Assembly: GCA_023213395.1 (NCBI GenBank)
Contig: CM041465.1
Location: 96,293,741 to 96,357,740 of the forward strand
Source: Cycas panzhihuaensis
Lineage: Eukaryota; Plantae; Cycadophyta
Direction of reading: 5' to 3'
Length of the DNA stretch: 64,000 nt
In this document: one piece after another, positions 27,201 through 41,286 of the stretch
Numbering within the stretch: the first letter of the stretch is position 1
How the letters are laid out: every line of letters begins with the position of its first letter
Notes under the pieces: model-generated
Database searches by the model: none
The model's input: only the letters and a program-made list of their open reading frames with translations
What the model was told of the DNA's origin: nothing
Made by a program: the position numbers and the translations under genes

Positions 27201-28649
27201 AGATTAGGTAGATGGAAGATAGGATCATGTTATTATAGTCATAGTACATGAAGAACCTATTGGAGAAGTCTGGAATATAAAATTATAAACTTGTTACAAT
27301 ACCATGTGTAAATGGCCTAAGATTATAAAAGGATATGGCCAAAACCTTTGTAGATGGAATGAAGTATTACTAGTTGGTAGGGAATCTAATTTACTTAACT
27401 CATACAAGACCAAATATTACCTATTCTATTGGATTGGTTTCATGCTATATGCATAATCCTCAAGTGCTTCATTTAGTTATAGCAAAGAAGATTCTGAAAT
27501 ACCTGAAGAAGGCCATTAATCTTAGTCTCGAATATCATCAAGGTGAAGAGATAAGGATACATGGCTACATGGATGTTGATTGGGGAGGAGACTATGATAA
27601 TCAAAAGTCCACTGTTGGATACATATTTGGTATCAGTAATGGATTTATTTCATGGTAGTTGAAGAAGTAACAGACAGTGGTGCTATCTTCTACAGAGGCA
27701 GAATATCAAGGACTTAGTGTTGGTGTGAAGGATATTATATGGTTGCAATGTCTCTTAGAGTTTCTTGGAGTTTCCAACAAACATCCAATTATCTTCATTG
27801 ATAATCAGAGTACCATTCATCTGCCAAAGAATCCAAAGTTTCATGTGCATATGAAGCATATTAAGATTTAGCATCACTACATCTATGAATAGATCAAGTC
27901 AAGGAAGCTACAGGTCAACTATTGTCTAAGTGAATTTTAGCTTATAGATATGTTCACCAAGCTACTTACTAAAGATTAATTCACAAAGATGCATAACAAA
28001 TTAGAAGTTACCGATGTTATCCTTGAGGGAGGATGTATCAACAAGGATAAAAAAGATGTAGGATAGTCCCAGCCTTCATGATAATGTAATTATTACAAGT
28101 TACAGGCTTTCCACATTCACATTAAGGAGGGATATTAACGTAGTAGTTATTTGTTAAGCCATAGGTTAATGTTAATATGGTTTAACTAAGGTGATTAAGT
28201 GAAAAGATATGAGAAATTCAAAGGGTTGTAACCTTAATCAGGTGACACCTTTTAGAAGCATATAAAAGCCTTGAGCCATTATGTATTCAATGCTTTATAT
28301 GAATCAATTATGGAATAATCAATGTGATCTAGAAGGATCTTTTATGGTGGGTTTTTTCCTGAAAGGGTTTTTCTATGTAAATCTTATGTACTGTGCATCT
28401 ATATTCTATGTATATGTTTTGTTTGCTTGTTATATATGGTTAAAGATTTTGTAGATGGGAACATACCTATTTGATTTCATATTCCTGAATACTTTAGAAG
28501 TCTTTTTTCATAATTTTTTTTTTTTCATATATTTTCTCCCATATCTTAGTGATTTTATCTATCTAGCTTTGGTTTTTACTCATCCTATTTTGATTTTTAT
28601 CTATCCCACCTTGATTAGCACTTATTTTATCAATTCTAGAGTCTTCACA
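24261..28649 (+). mobile_element. Degenerate Ty1/Copia gag-pol with probable 3' LTR (28133-28649)
   Basis: gag start MEYIMPKVIFNGNNF, LWHNHLGH, integrase FIDDYTRKAWVYFLK, RT KWVYKIK and YVDD (~27080), RNase H DVDWGGD and SSTEAEY. PPT-like tracts at ~28025 and ~28124. 5' LTR not identified. Confidence 0.88.
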
Positions 28650-31600
28650 GTACCACAAAATAGAACTTTGTAATACTGTGGTAAATATTATACGATGAAT
28701 TTTTTCACTTTAAAGATCTTTTAGCCTATGGTTGATTACACATTCATGGCATCCAATTATAGCCTATCCATTAAATCTAATTAAAACCTATTAGAATTTA
28801 TAAGTATACTTTGATACCATATTAGAAATACAGAGTATAACATAATGGAATTATAATATACATATATAATAACTAAATTATCTCATGAGTTATGTACAAA
28901 TGTAAAGATAAATATAACAAAAATAGAAATATGTATAATAAATATCAAAATCATTCACCATAAAAAAGACAATAGATTTATATATAAAAAATCCAATGTG
29001 GGAAAAACCATGGGAGAAGCTAGATTTGGAACTCCTTTTAATGATCAGAATAAGTACAAGTTATTTCTCAAATTCTTAAGTGGTGTGTATACATATCTAT
29101 ATTAATGTTCATCTCCTAAGTAGTCAACCATGTCCCTTGAGCCTTTATATCATCCAATAGTATATAATCATAGATATGTATACATCTCACATATCTCAAT
29201 ATATATTATTACTAAAATTATATATGTGTTATAACACATTAATATTAAACATTATAGATATGATTAATTCATATATTCTAACATTCCCCTTAATGTTTAA
29301 TATCTTCAAATTTTGCTCTTTAATTCTTTATGTCTTCAAGTATTCATCCATTGGTCTTCAACCTATATGTTGGATCTCGTAGCTTGTATTTGTAATTTAT
29401 ATGTTGTATTAGTGTTATCACTTATAACCTGTAAATCATCCATATACTTGTCTCATATAAGCATTAATATATGTATCTATAATAAATCTCTATTAGCATA
29501 TATATAGTCATTTATGATTATCAATGACCAATTATAAGCATCTAACCTATAAATATAAATCATCAACCATCATCTAATTTATCACTACTATATGAAGTAT
29601 TTTACTGAAATCTTTACTTTTGTACCTACTTTTATCAATATCAACTATCAATGAATCTTTAAATCAAAAAATAAATAAATTGATTTCTGAGTCTATATAA
29701 ATAATAACCATCTACCAAAATATATAGGTAACCAACCTTTATAATCACTAGTTTAATAGGTAATTACTTTAAATATATGGTTCATTATCTTTTAAAATAC
29801 TTGTTACAAGAGTAGCAAAATCTCACCTCTTGAGTACGAGTTAAAAAATTATAATTGAGTGTGTTATATAAGAGTAACTTATGAAACTTATGCTTGCCTT
29901 TTATGAACAAGATTTATTTTTGTACGCTTCTTCATTTACATAGTTCAGTAACTTTTTTAGCATCTATTATCAAACATCATCAATAATTAATCTCAAAACA
30001 TACTAACTCTAAGAACAAACTAAACTACTTGGCCAAGATAACTTAAATGTAGCAAGGTAGCACTAATAATGTGATTATATACCTCTTATCATATATGGAT
30101 AGTCGAGCTTCTCACTAAAAAATATAAATAAACATCATTTTTTAGTTTGATAATCTTACCAACTAAATATTAGCTAGATAACATCAATAACTAATTTAGT
30201 ATGCTAATAATCAATCATATGAGACTTTTCCTTGACTCATTAATAAGTGGAATTTCTCAATCTCCTTATCTCTTTAGGTGATCTATTCATTTGACTAGTG
30301 GAGTTGTAATCACTAAACTAAATATGATTTTACAAGGGGGATTTTCATAACTAGCATATCAATAAATTTTCATATTAATATCTCATCAAATATATCCTAC
30401 TTCATGAATTTTTCAACTAATTTTGAGCCTTGAAATATCCTAAACAAGCTTTTAAATAATTACTTGTAAAGAAAACTTTCTTTTACTTTCTTCATTTGCC
30501 AAAAATAACTTTACCATCATATTTAGAGACTTTTAAAACATCAAAATATACTAAATTTTTTTTTAATTATTTATAAAATGCATCTTTTATAAGGTTTAGT
30601 GTACTTTCATCAAATTTTCCCATTATTTTCTTTATCTTCTACTATCTAAAGTATACCTTGTAACTACTCATTTTGATTATCTCAAAGTTATCTTTCCAAT
30701 GTAACTAATAACACCTAATTCTAATATCTTAGTGAGAAATTATGGTCGAAGAAGTGCCAATGTATCATAAAAAAGTATATAATCCTTTAGAAAATTAATT
30801 TTAAACTTTAAATATCAATTAAATTTAATTAATAAAATTCATAATTATAAAAATATTCTAATTTAATTTAATCAAGTTTGAGATATACCCACTTCACTGA
30901 CTAGTCATTGGTCACATGCACTTATCTATGTGACCTCCCATTGATTAGTTAAGGGGCTTATCAAATTCCAAAAAAAATATCAAATGCAATTAAATTTTTA
31001 AAATCAAATACAATTTTTGTTTATGATTTCTAAATATTTTTGTTTAAAACCTCCTACAAAATTATGTCTCTAATCTTTGTTTGATTCTATATTATAAATT
31101 TTCTTCCTCTAATGAATGATCAAAATACAAAGTCTTTTCTTCAATGAGTATTGTGTGAATTATTTGATCTCCATTAAGGGTGCTACATGAGATCTTTTTC
31201 AATCTATATTTGTTACAAATCATGTTTCTTATGGCTATTTATCTTTTTTATGGGTTGCTTAAGGTTTTTATTTAAGTGATCATCTTTGGTATTGTCTCCT
31301 CTGCATAGGCAATGATGGCAATAGCTCGATTGCTATATCATAGTGTGAGATTTGTTTGGAGATAATTCTATTTATTGATGGAGGTTCTTATGATTGATGA
31401 CTATGTGGCTTACCCTCCATGAAAATTAGACACTATGGTATGCTTTCTTTGTGGCCATGGCTTTGGTATTTAGGCACTTTCATCTATTTTCTATGGACTC
31501 CACATACTTTGTGGTATAACATTGTTATTATAATGAATTTATTTACTATAATATTTTCTTCTATATAGGGGCAGTTGGTAGCACCATGAATGACATCCTT

Positions 31601-34600
31601 CTTCTCATTAGTATATTAATCTAACTACTACTTATATGGTTATGCTCTTCATATATTATTTTCTATATCTAGTAGCATGTAGGGTATGATCATATGGGTT
31701 TAATACTTCCAGAGTCAATTAGGATTTTTCCATTGTATGTACATAGAGCAGATGTATGGAGGTCAAACTACATCATGCATAGTGTAGGGTAAATACATAT
31801 ACAATTAATGATTAGGATGATTCTCTATATATTGCATACTCTATCTATTTGTTTGGTATGATTTGCATTCTTCACTATAATAATTATGGCCATAATTTTT
31901 GGATTTAATAATTTTTTAAACCTTCACTTCTACTTTAGAATGCCTATCAAACTAATGTCACAAAATAAATAACATTTTTCCATAACTATGCCCCCACATA
32001 TATCATAGTGATTTCTCATATCTTTAATATTTCACATAATTCAATCTTCAAATCATGTCTATATTATTGTTTAACATACCTTCTTACTATCACTTATTAT
32101 TTATTTTTGCTGCTTAAATATCACCATGCCTTGAAGTTACATACCTTTATCAATCATGTCATATCTTACCATATACCTTTTTGCTACCCATTTTATATTA
32201 ACTAATGGAATTACTAGCTTGAATATCTTTCTTAATTATTTTACTTGATATCCTTTTATTAATTTAATTACATCATGCACATCTCTTTATAGGCTACAAA
32301 AATACCTTTAACTGGAAGAAAATCTATAAGCAAGGTGGACAAAAAATTCCTTAAACAAAAGCTAGGTAAAGAGATATGCCATTACAACTTATCTCTTTTA
32401 AAGCTAATTGTGAGAGTTGGTAAGGTGTCCAATCCCACAAAATCTTGGTCATTTCTATAGGTAGATGACCTATATCTATGAACTCAATTGGCCATAGTTT
32501 ACTCTCATCTTCATCATTTAATTATCTCACTTTAAACACTTATATATCCTAGTATATGTGCATATATCATGCATAATAAATATCCCCATAGATATAAATT
32601 AATATGCCATTAGTTTGCTATATATCTAATATGTATTTTGTCTATTTCCTATTTGTAGCTTTCTCATCTTATGTATGTTAGCTTATTATTCAACTTCTTT
32701 TGGTCCCTAGATCATAGTCATATATTGCCAATATTATTGGTATGTTTAGATTTTTAGCTCATCAAAATCACCTTATAACTAGCTCTTATATTAGCCCTAT
32801 TTCTAGCTCATCAATCTAATGGAATTAGGGGATAAAGGGAATAGAATAAGAATGCAGAAAGAAGTAAACCATTAATCCTATAAGAGTGGTGGTGTTGATG
32901 AACACCAAGGTCTTCAAACCACATGAATAAATAAACGAGACTTAAGTAGGATATAATACACTACTCAAAGTCCTCTATTGACCAGCATTGACAAATGCCT
33001 AATATGTTACTACCAAGATCTAATATAGTGTAGTTATATTACAACTGAGATCTAACATAGTACTACCATAATATCTCTACAAATATAAGTTATTACCCCA
33101 ATATAGGTAATCAACCTAAGGTGGATACAAGCCTTAATATAAGTATTATTCTAATATTTCTCCCTCATAATACCCATTTGGGGAGACTCTTAGTTTATCT
33201 TTGAATTTAATAAACTTTATCTTTCTAAGTGCCTTTGTGAATATATCTGCCACATGTTCTTATGTGCTACAATAAACTAATTCTAGCTTGCCTTATTATA
33301 CCAACTCTCTGATGAAGTGATATAGTGTTTCAATGTGATTTATGCTGCCTTGAAACACTAGATTTTGAGTCATCTAAATTGTGCTTTAATTCTTATAAAT
33401 CAACTTAGTGGGACTAACTTATTCTTCCTGTAAATCCTGAAGTAACCTTTTAGACAAACTATTTCATGTACTTCTACTACAATTGCTTTATACTCTACTT
33501 CTATAGTAGACATAAGTACTATGGCCTGTTTCTTTAAACTCCATGCTACTACAATTGAACCCAAACTCAATGTATAACTAGAGGTAGATTTCTTATCATC
33601 TACACAACCTACCCAGTCTAAGTCTATATACCCTACTAATATATAGTCCTATGATAACCTGTAATGTAATCTATATCTAATGGTACCTTTGAGATATCTA
33701 ATAATTCTCTTAGCTACTTACTAATGTTTTATCTCAAATTCATACATGAATCTAGAAATTACATTAATTGCATATGTGATATCTAGTTGAGATAAAGTTA
33801 AGTAAATTAGAGTCTTAATCAATTGCCTATAAAGTGTAAGATTAACTAATTTTAATTCTTCAAACTTAGGTAATTTCAATCTAACTTATACTAGAGTTGC
33901 AAGTGTCTTGTAACTATTCATGTTAATCTTACATAATAGGTCTAATGTATATTTTCTTTAGGAGATAAGTATCCATTTTTTATTTTACCAAACTTTAATA
34001 CCTAAGAAGTAATGCATTAGTTCCAAGTTTATCATCTCAAATTCCTTACATATATCTTTTTTAAATCTTTGGTATAAGTGATCACTATATCTAGTATATA
34101 CCTAGTCATCAACATAGAAACCCATAATTAGTATGGAGCTTTCTTCTAATTTGATGTATAAGTTAGGCTCTAATTAACTTCTTTAGAATCCTCTATCCTT
34201 AAAATATTTGTTAATCATAAAGTACCATGCTCTAGGTACTTGCTTAAGTCCATATAAGGTCTTTTTAACTTTGTAGACCTTATTTTTTTCTCCCTTCACT
34301 TGAAACCCTTTGGGTTATTTGACATATATTTCTTCATCCATATAGTCATTTAAGAATGAACTTTTTACATCCATTTGATGTATTGTCCAACCTTATTATG
34401 CAACTAAGGCCATAATTAATTTAACTATTTCTAGCCTTGCAACTAGTACAAATGTCTCATTGTAATCTATGCCCTCACTTTAAGTATAGTCCTTTGCAAC
34501 TAACCTTGTCTTATACTTGTTAATAGACCCATTTAATTTATACTTGGTCTTATAGACCCATTTAGTCCTAATGGGATTTTTTCTAGGTGGTAGATCTACT

Positions 34601-37600
34601 AACTCCCATGTGTAATTTTTCACTAAGGCAATGTGCTCTTCCTTCATTACTTTCTTCCATTCATCTTGATTATTTTCCTCTTCAAAGTTATGAGGCTTAT
34701 TAGACTCCATAACCTGAGTCATAAGTGCAAAATTCACCCTTTGAGACCTTGTAATCCTTCTCTCAAAGTTGGTGTCTAAAATATTTAAAGGGTTATGAGC
34801 CCTTTGTACCCATTTTGGGACCCTTTGATTTGAAGAAGAGGGTCCTACTTTATTTATATTAGGTACATTTATCCTCTTAGAGTTTGAGTATATTTCAACC
34901 ATGATATTTTTCCCTTTATCTTTTTCAATGACTTCTTCTTAATAAGACACATCTTCTTTAAAGATGACATCCCTATTTATAACAATCTTTTTTCCTTTTG
35001 GATCATAAAGTTATAGGATCTAAAAGAGTCACAATATCTTATAAAGATGCATTTCACACTTTTTTCATCTAGTTTTATCTCCCTTTGATTTGGGACATGT
35101 GCATAAGTTATCCATCCAAAAATGCTTAAGTGTTTGATACTTGGCTTATAACCTATCCAAGCTTCTTCTCGTGTAACCCACCTAATTGCTTTAGTGGTAT
35201 ACTTGTTTAACATATATACAACTATATATACAGATTTAGCCCAATAGTCATTTCCTAGATGCTTGTCCTTAAGCATATTTTTAGCTATTTCAATAACTAT
35301 TCTATTCTTCCTTTTAGTAGCCCTATTTTATTATGGAATATAAGGATTTGTAAGTTATTTTTATATGTCACAATACTTGTAATAAGTTTTAAATTTATTT
35401 AAAATAAATTCTCCCCTATTATCTGATCTTAGGGTCAAAATTCTAACTCCACTTTACCTTTCCACCATAGTTTTGAAGTCCATGAAAAACTATAGAGCAT
35501 CTTATTTTAATTTGAGGAAGCAAACCCATGTTATCCTTATGAAGTCATTAATAAATATTATAAAAACCTTAGTACCTCTAAGTGAAGGAACATCCATTAG
35601 ACCATATAAGTTTGGGTATATCAATTAAAGGAGCATATTAGCTCTATAACTTTCATAAAGAAATCCTTCCCTTTATTGCTTTCCAAGCACATATCCTTCA
35701 TATAGTTCATTGCTATGAACAATAGTTGGTAGTCTAATTAGCATGTCTATTTTCTTCATTAAGGCCAAACTATTTTAATTCACATGGCCAAGTCTTTTAT
35801 GCCATGTTTCACTATCCACATTTATTGATACCTTTAAGGCATAATAGTCTATTGGAAGTATGACTAGTTTGAATAATTTATCACCAATTATTTATCCTTT
35901 CACCATAATTACTTTGTTCCTTAGTTTATCTTTATTGGTGCATTCCTTATTATCAAAGATTACTTTGTATCTTTGTTGCATCATCTGATCTACTAAAAGT
36001 AAATTCTTGTTAAGGGTTGGAACATATAACACATCATTTATATACTTAGTTTCTCTAAAATTAATTTATATAGAGACATTACCTTTTCTAATAACCACTT
36101 AAGTAGTGTTATCACCAAATATGATCTTACTTTTCTTAGTGTTATCCAATTCTTTAAACCACTCTTCCTTATTAGTCATGTATGGAACACCCTAAATCTA
36201 TGTACCAATTGTCTTCTTCCTCACTATCCATTAAACTTGAAAGAAATAATCTTTCATCTTGTCTTTTCTCAATAATTGTTTTAGTAGTTCTCCTTTATGA
36301 ACTTAACCCTTTTACAAAGTAATTTTCCTTTAAGTGTCTTTTCTATAGAAATAATAATATTAGATTGTCCCTTTACCCCTTAGGCTTCTACATCCTTGTC
36401 CTTGGTTTCTCCCCCTAGGACTTTGACCTCCTCCTCCTCCTTGAAGTCCATAATTTTAACCTTGACCTTGGCCTTAAAAATACCTTTGACCTTGGAACTA
36501 ATTTTACTCTTGATAGAATTGACTTGGGCCTTGTCCCTGATAATTACCTTGACCTTAATGATATCCTTGTAGATGATAGTCTTAATTTTACCTTTAAAAT
36601 TAATTTTTAAGTTTACCTCTACCTCTAGGAGATTATCCTTTACCTCTAAAAATTTATCCTCAATATGTAAGTCTAATTTTTGTCTTAGTGGCAAAAACAT
36701 GCTCAAGAAACTCGCTCCCTCCCTTTTTCTCTTCTATAACTAGAGCATGGCACTTGACTAATCTATATTAAGGGTACTAAGGTCCTTAGAGACCTTAATT
36801 CTAGTGACCATCATCTCAAATCCCTTGATGTCGCTTACACATTTTAAGATTTTCTTAACTACTATTTACTTACTAATAATCTCTCCTAAGGCCCTCATTT
36901 GCTTAACTAGGCATTGGATGTTTATAATAAAATCATTAACTCCTTCATTAGTATTCATCCTTAGGTTTTTAAATTTACTTCTTAATGTATGAAACTTTGA
37001 TATTGTTACTCCTTCATATGTAATCTTAAGTATGTCCTATACTTCCTTTAATGTCACTGCTTCATTGACCCTTGGGAATATATGATCCTCCAAAGTATAA
37101 AAGATGAATGCAAGTGCCTTATTGTCTATCCTTTTATCCTCCTTGAGGCTTTTCTTTTCTTTCTCTATGGTGTTTTCAGTAAGTGCTCCATAACCTATTT
37201 CAATAAACTCATATGTATCATTGGCAATAAAAATTAGTTGCATACATCTACTCTAATTGAGAAATTTAGTGCTATTAAACTTGTGCACCATAACATTACC
37301 AATATTTAATGCCATAATTAAAAAATTACCTTAGAAAATAATTGTTTAAAAAATAAAGTACTTGTAAGAAAGTGTTAATAAAACACTAAAAAATAAATAA
37401 AAAGGCACTCAAAGGTAATCAAGATTTATCCTACTTCAACTTCAAAAATTAGACAAATGTCCCAATTGGTATTCAACCACCTTCAAAGCAAACTTGTATA
37501 TTAATAAGAGCTTACAAACTAAAATTTTGCTAGTTTATATAAGGGACATCATGTAGGAAACTTAAAACTAGTGTCAATTTTGATCATTAAAAAGTTACAT

Positions 37601-38106
37601 TAAATTATTTTAAAAAATTTTAAAGTTATATCCACTCAATAGAGGACAAAAAAAGAATCCAATGCTTTAAACAAGACTTAATTATGACATAAGGTGGCCA
37701 GGATATACATTAAAATGTTCAAGGAAAAATTAGCTTTCTACCATATAAGGATCAAAGAAATTTTATATCAAATTGAACCACTAAAAAATACATCAAATGG
37801 AAATCAAATATAGTCATGTGACCACTCATTTCATTTGGGTGGAAATATACTTCATCTTGAAGCTAACATAACTAAAATCTAACTTTGTTGGTGACAATTA
37901 TAGCTATTAAAGCAAAAATAGATATTGATTTTGAAATAGCTTCTTTGAAAATTGTGTTAGCCCCTTTTAAAAAATAAATTCTTGGTCACTTGAATGTTGT
38001 TATATGACCTACAGGTTATCATCAAAACATGGTCACACTGCTAGGATGTCAGATAAAGAAATTACTTGTAAGACTCCAGATATACTTGATAGAGCTCTAA
38101 GAATAA

Positions 38107-38109
<3 letters not shown>

Positions 38110-38154
<45 letters not shown>
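38110..38154. repeat. (TG)n microsatellite
   Basis: Seen directly. Confidence 0.98.
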
Positions 38155-38157
<3 letters not shown>

Positions 38158-38614
38158 TTTCTATATATATGAAAGAGGCTATGTCAATAATTTGAGAAGC
38201 AGGCTAAGTAGGACTGTACAAGAATAAAGTATAGGCTTAAAAAGGTGGATGCAAGCTCTAGGTTAGTTTGTTATGTAGCCTATAGTGACCAAGGAGAAAT
38301 TTGAAAATATGAGTCCCATTCTAATACAAAAGACGTTAACTAAGAGCAAGTTAGGAGTAGGTGCATCACATGAATGTTACTCTAAGGAATTTATATAAGA
38401 GCAATTATGTATTTATTATTGCATAAACTTAGACAGCTCATAAGTCATGAGTCATTTCCATCTAGAAAATGGTATGCAATCATAAGTACATAAAGGCTTA
38501 TAGAGATCTAACCCAAAAATCTATGACTCTATGCTCATTAGAAGGTGCAAGGATGTAGAGCAACCACTAGTGGAGAAAGAGAGATGCATTATGGATATAC
38601 CTTGTTAATAGATT

Positions 38615-38885
38615 ATGGCAATTCCAAAGATCAAGACAAGAACATATAATCATGTCCTCAATGAGCTTCACTCATATAAAGAAGAAAATTATGGAAGTGG
38701 AACAGGAAGTTGTAAAGACTTCAGATAAAAAAGAGAAAGGTGTTAATCCTTATGACCTTTAACAACAAGAGAATGTGTTGGCAGAATCAAAGATTATGCT
38801 TCCTACTTATTGTAAACACCTTAAGGCTATTATTGGTAACCAACAAGGAATATTGGTAGAGATTGAGTAATCTAGATAGGAAGAA
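38615..38885 (+). pseudogene. TFCA: Captured near full-length copy of tubulin folding cofactor A (TBCA/KIESEL)
   Basis: Translates MAIPKIKTRTYNHVLNELHSYKEE / EVEQEVVKTSDK / KEKGVNPYDL*QQENVLAESKIMLPTYCKHLKAIIGNQQGILVEIE. Recalled plant TFCA: LKIKTSTCKRIVKELHSYEKEVEREAAKTADMKDKGADPYDLKQQENVLGESRMMIPDCHKRLE. Confidence 0.88.
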
Positions 38886-39860
38886 TAAAGAACTATTTGT
38901 CATTGGTATGGATTATAGAGAGAGAGGATTAGAAACAGGAGTGATAGTGAAAGTAACAACTAGTACTCCTCAATAATATAGAACTTAGTCATTGGATAAT
39001 AATACCTTAAACCTATAACTTGAATAGAGATGTTATGTAATATGCTTTCAAAAATATTATAAATGCAGAATGCTAGATCAACCAACATAAGTATAATAGA
39101 TATTGGCAATAGATGCTAATAAGCAAATAGTAATAGTAAACAGAATCACATAAATATACTAGTAGTACAACAAACTCCTTTATAACTTTGACTGAGATTC
39201 CTCAATAGCTTATCTAACTTGACTCTAAATGATAGCTTTTACAAATAGGGAAGATGGATTTAATACCAGATGATGGAATTAAGGGTTAAAGGGAATAAAA
39301 TGAGAATGCAAAAATGAGTAAACCATCAATTCCATAAGAGTGGTGATGTTAATAAACACTCGAGTCTTCAAATCCTATGAATAAATAAGCAAGACTTGAG
39401 TAGGATATAGCACACCACTCAAAGTCCACCACCGATTGGCATTGACAAATACTAGATATATTGCCACCAAGATCTAATATAGTGTGGCTATAGTATGACT
39501 AAGATCTAATATAGTACTATCAAAATATCTCTGCCAATGTGGGTGATCAACCCAAGGCAGATACAAGCCCCAATATGGGCATTATTCTAACATAATCAAC
39601 TCTATAAGCTTGTCCCTACTTTACAAAATCTCTTTATTAATCATGGCTCTAATACCATATTAGAATTTATAATTAGACTTTGATGCCAAATTAGAAATAT
39701 GAAGTATAACATAATGAAATTATAATATATAGATATAATGACTAAATTATATCATGAGTTATATGCATATTTAAAGATAAATATAATAAAAATAGAAATA
39801 TACACAATAAACATCATGAGCATTCACCACAATAGAGACAAAAATTTTATACATACATAC

Positions 39861-39900
<40 letters not shown>

Positions 39901-41286
39901 ATGTGTGTATACACACACACACATACACACACATATATATATAACTCAATGTGGAAAAAATTGTGGGAGAAGGTAGAGTTAAAACTTATTTTAATAATCA
40001 AAATGAATACATCTCCTTTCTCAAGTTCTCAAGTGGTGTGTATATATATTTATATCAATGTTTACCTCATAAGTAGTCGATCATATCTCTTAATCCTTTA
40101 TATCATCTAATAGTGTATAATCATAGATATGAATGGATTTTACATATCTCAATATATGTAATTAGTGGGATTATATATGTGTTACATCTCATCAACATTA
40201 AACATTACATATGTAATTAATCCACATATTCCAACTAAACAATGGGTTGTCCATCAGTTTTGAATCAAACCATGGACTAATTAATGCTTTAGTATTAATT
40301 GATATTGAAATAATAGGCAATTTATCCATGGTTTTGGCCCATGATTTTATAGTAAATTATGGGACTAAAAGCATGGGCCTTACCCCTCCCTTTTTCTATT
40401 TAAACCCCTCTTATTTGATCAAATAGATGGCCAAATTTTATAATGTTATACTACTAGAACACTGTTAAAAAATCTATAGACTTCTAGTTGTATTCATAAC
40501 TTACTTGTTAACTTCCACCTTTAACTTAGAGATTACAGATAAGTAGTTGTCAAAGACCTCTTTTATTAGAGCTACATGTTACTAGCATCCCTTCTTCACT
40601 AAGAATTAGGGTAATACCCTTTATACTATTGTAATTTCCCTCTTCCAATTACTTTTTATTTTTCTTTTAAATTTTTAAATTATTTTATGCTTCCCTCTTG
40701 TTTGGTTTCTAGTGCATCCTTTACATGTTTCACTTCTCTATTATGTAAATGTTTTATAGAAGAACAAAGACTTAGTATTATCTATTGATTAAAAAGTAGT
40801 GGGAATACTAGTAATTGTAAGGCTCTTTTTATACCAACTTCTTAATTAGTTTTAGATTACTATTTTCTTTTAGTTTATAACATCTTTTATTTGTTAACTT
40901 TTAAGATTATATTACATATTACTAATGTGGTAGGTGGAGGAGTGATCTATCATGTTATCGTGTAGGTCAGAGGCTTTTGAAATAAAGTTGAAGACCCTTT
41001 TTTTCCCTTACTTCTCCTACTAATAGAAAGTGGTTATTGTATAACCAAAGTGCTACCAAAATTTCACTAATTTCATAAAAAATGTATGACCTAAAAGGTG
41101 TGCTTTAAATTCATTTTCATGTAATTTAAGTAATCTTTAAAATATTTTTCCATTATAACTCAACTTAGCAAGTAGAAATACTACCAGATTTTTTCTAGAA
41201 ATTTGTGAATTATTATATGTAACTAACTTGGTTTTGAGTTTATTAGTAATGTGGTTTCATAAGGTTTTGCATGCTCAAAAAGGGAA

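Larger units (their letters stand above)
32817..39592 (-). mobile_element. Nested full-length degenerate Ty1/Copia element
   Basis: LTRs at 32817-33156 and 39271-39592, TSD caatc/taatc, decayed Met PBS ~39256-39268, PPT after 33156. gag ATG at 37315, RT KWVYKTK and YVDD (~34105), and integrase and RNase H motifs. Confidence 0.93.
28789..40236 (-). mobile_element. Old, heavily decayed Copia-type LTR element, interrupted by a nested Copia
   Basis: Homologous LTRs at 28789-29283 and 39658-40236. PBS ggctctaatacca (39645-39657) and PPT ttcccctt after 29283. Flanks aaacc/aaaca. Faint Copia pol traces on the minus strand at 29300-32800. Confidence 0.75.

Noticed and set aside
39738-40110. ORFs with CV/HT repeats
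   Set aside because: They arise from the TG/CA microsatellite inside an LTR.
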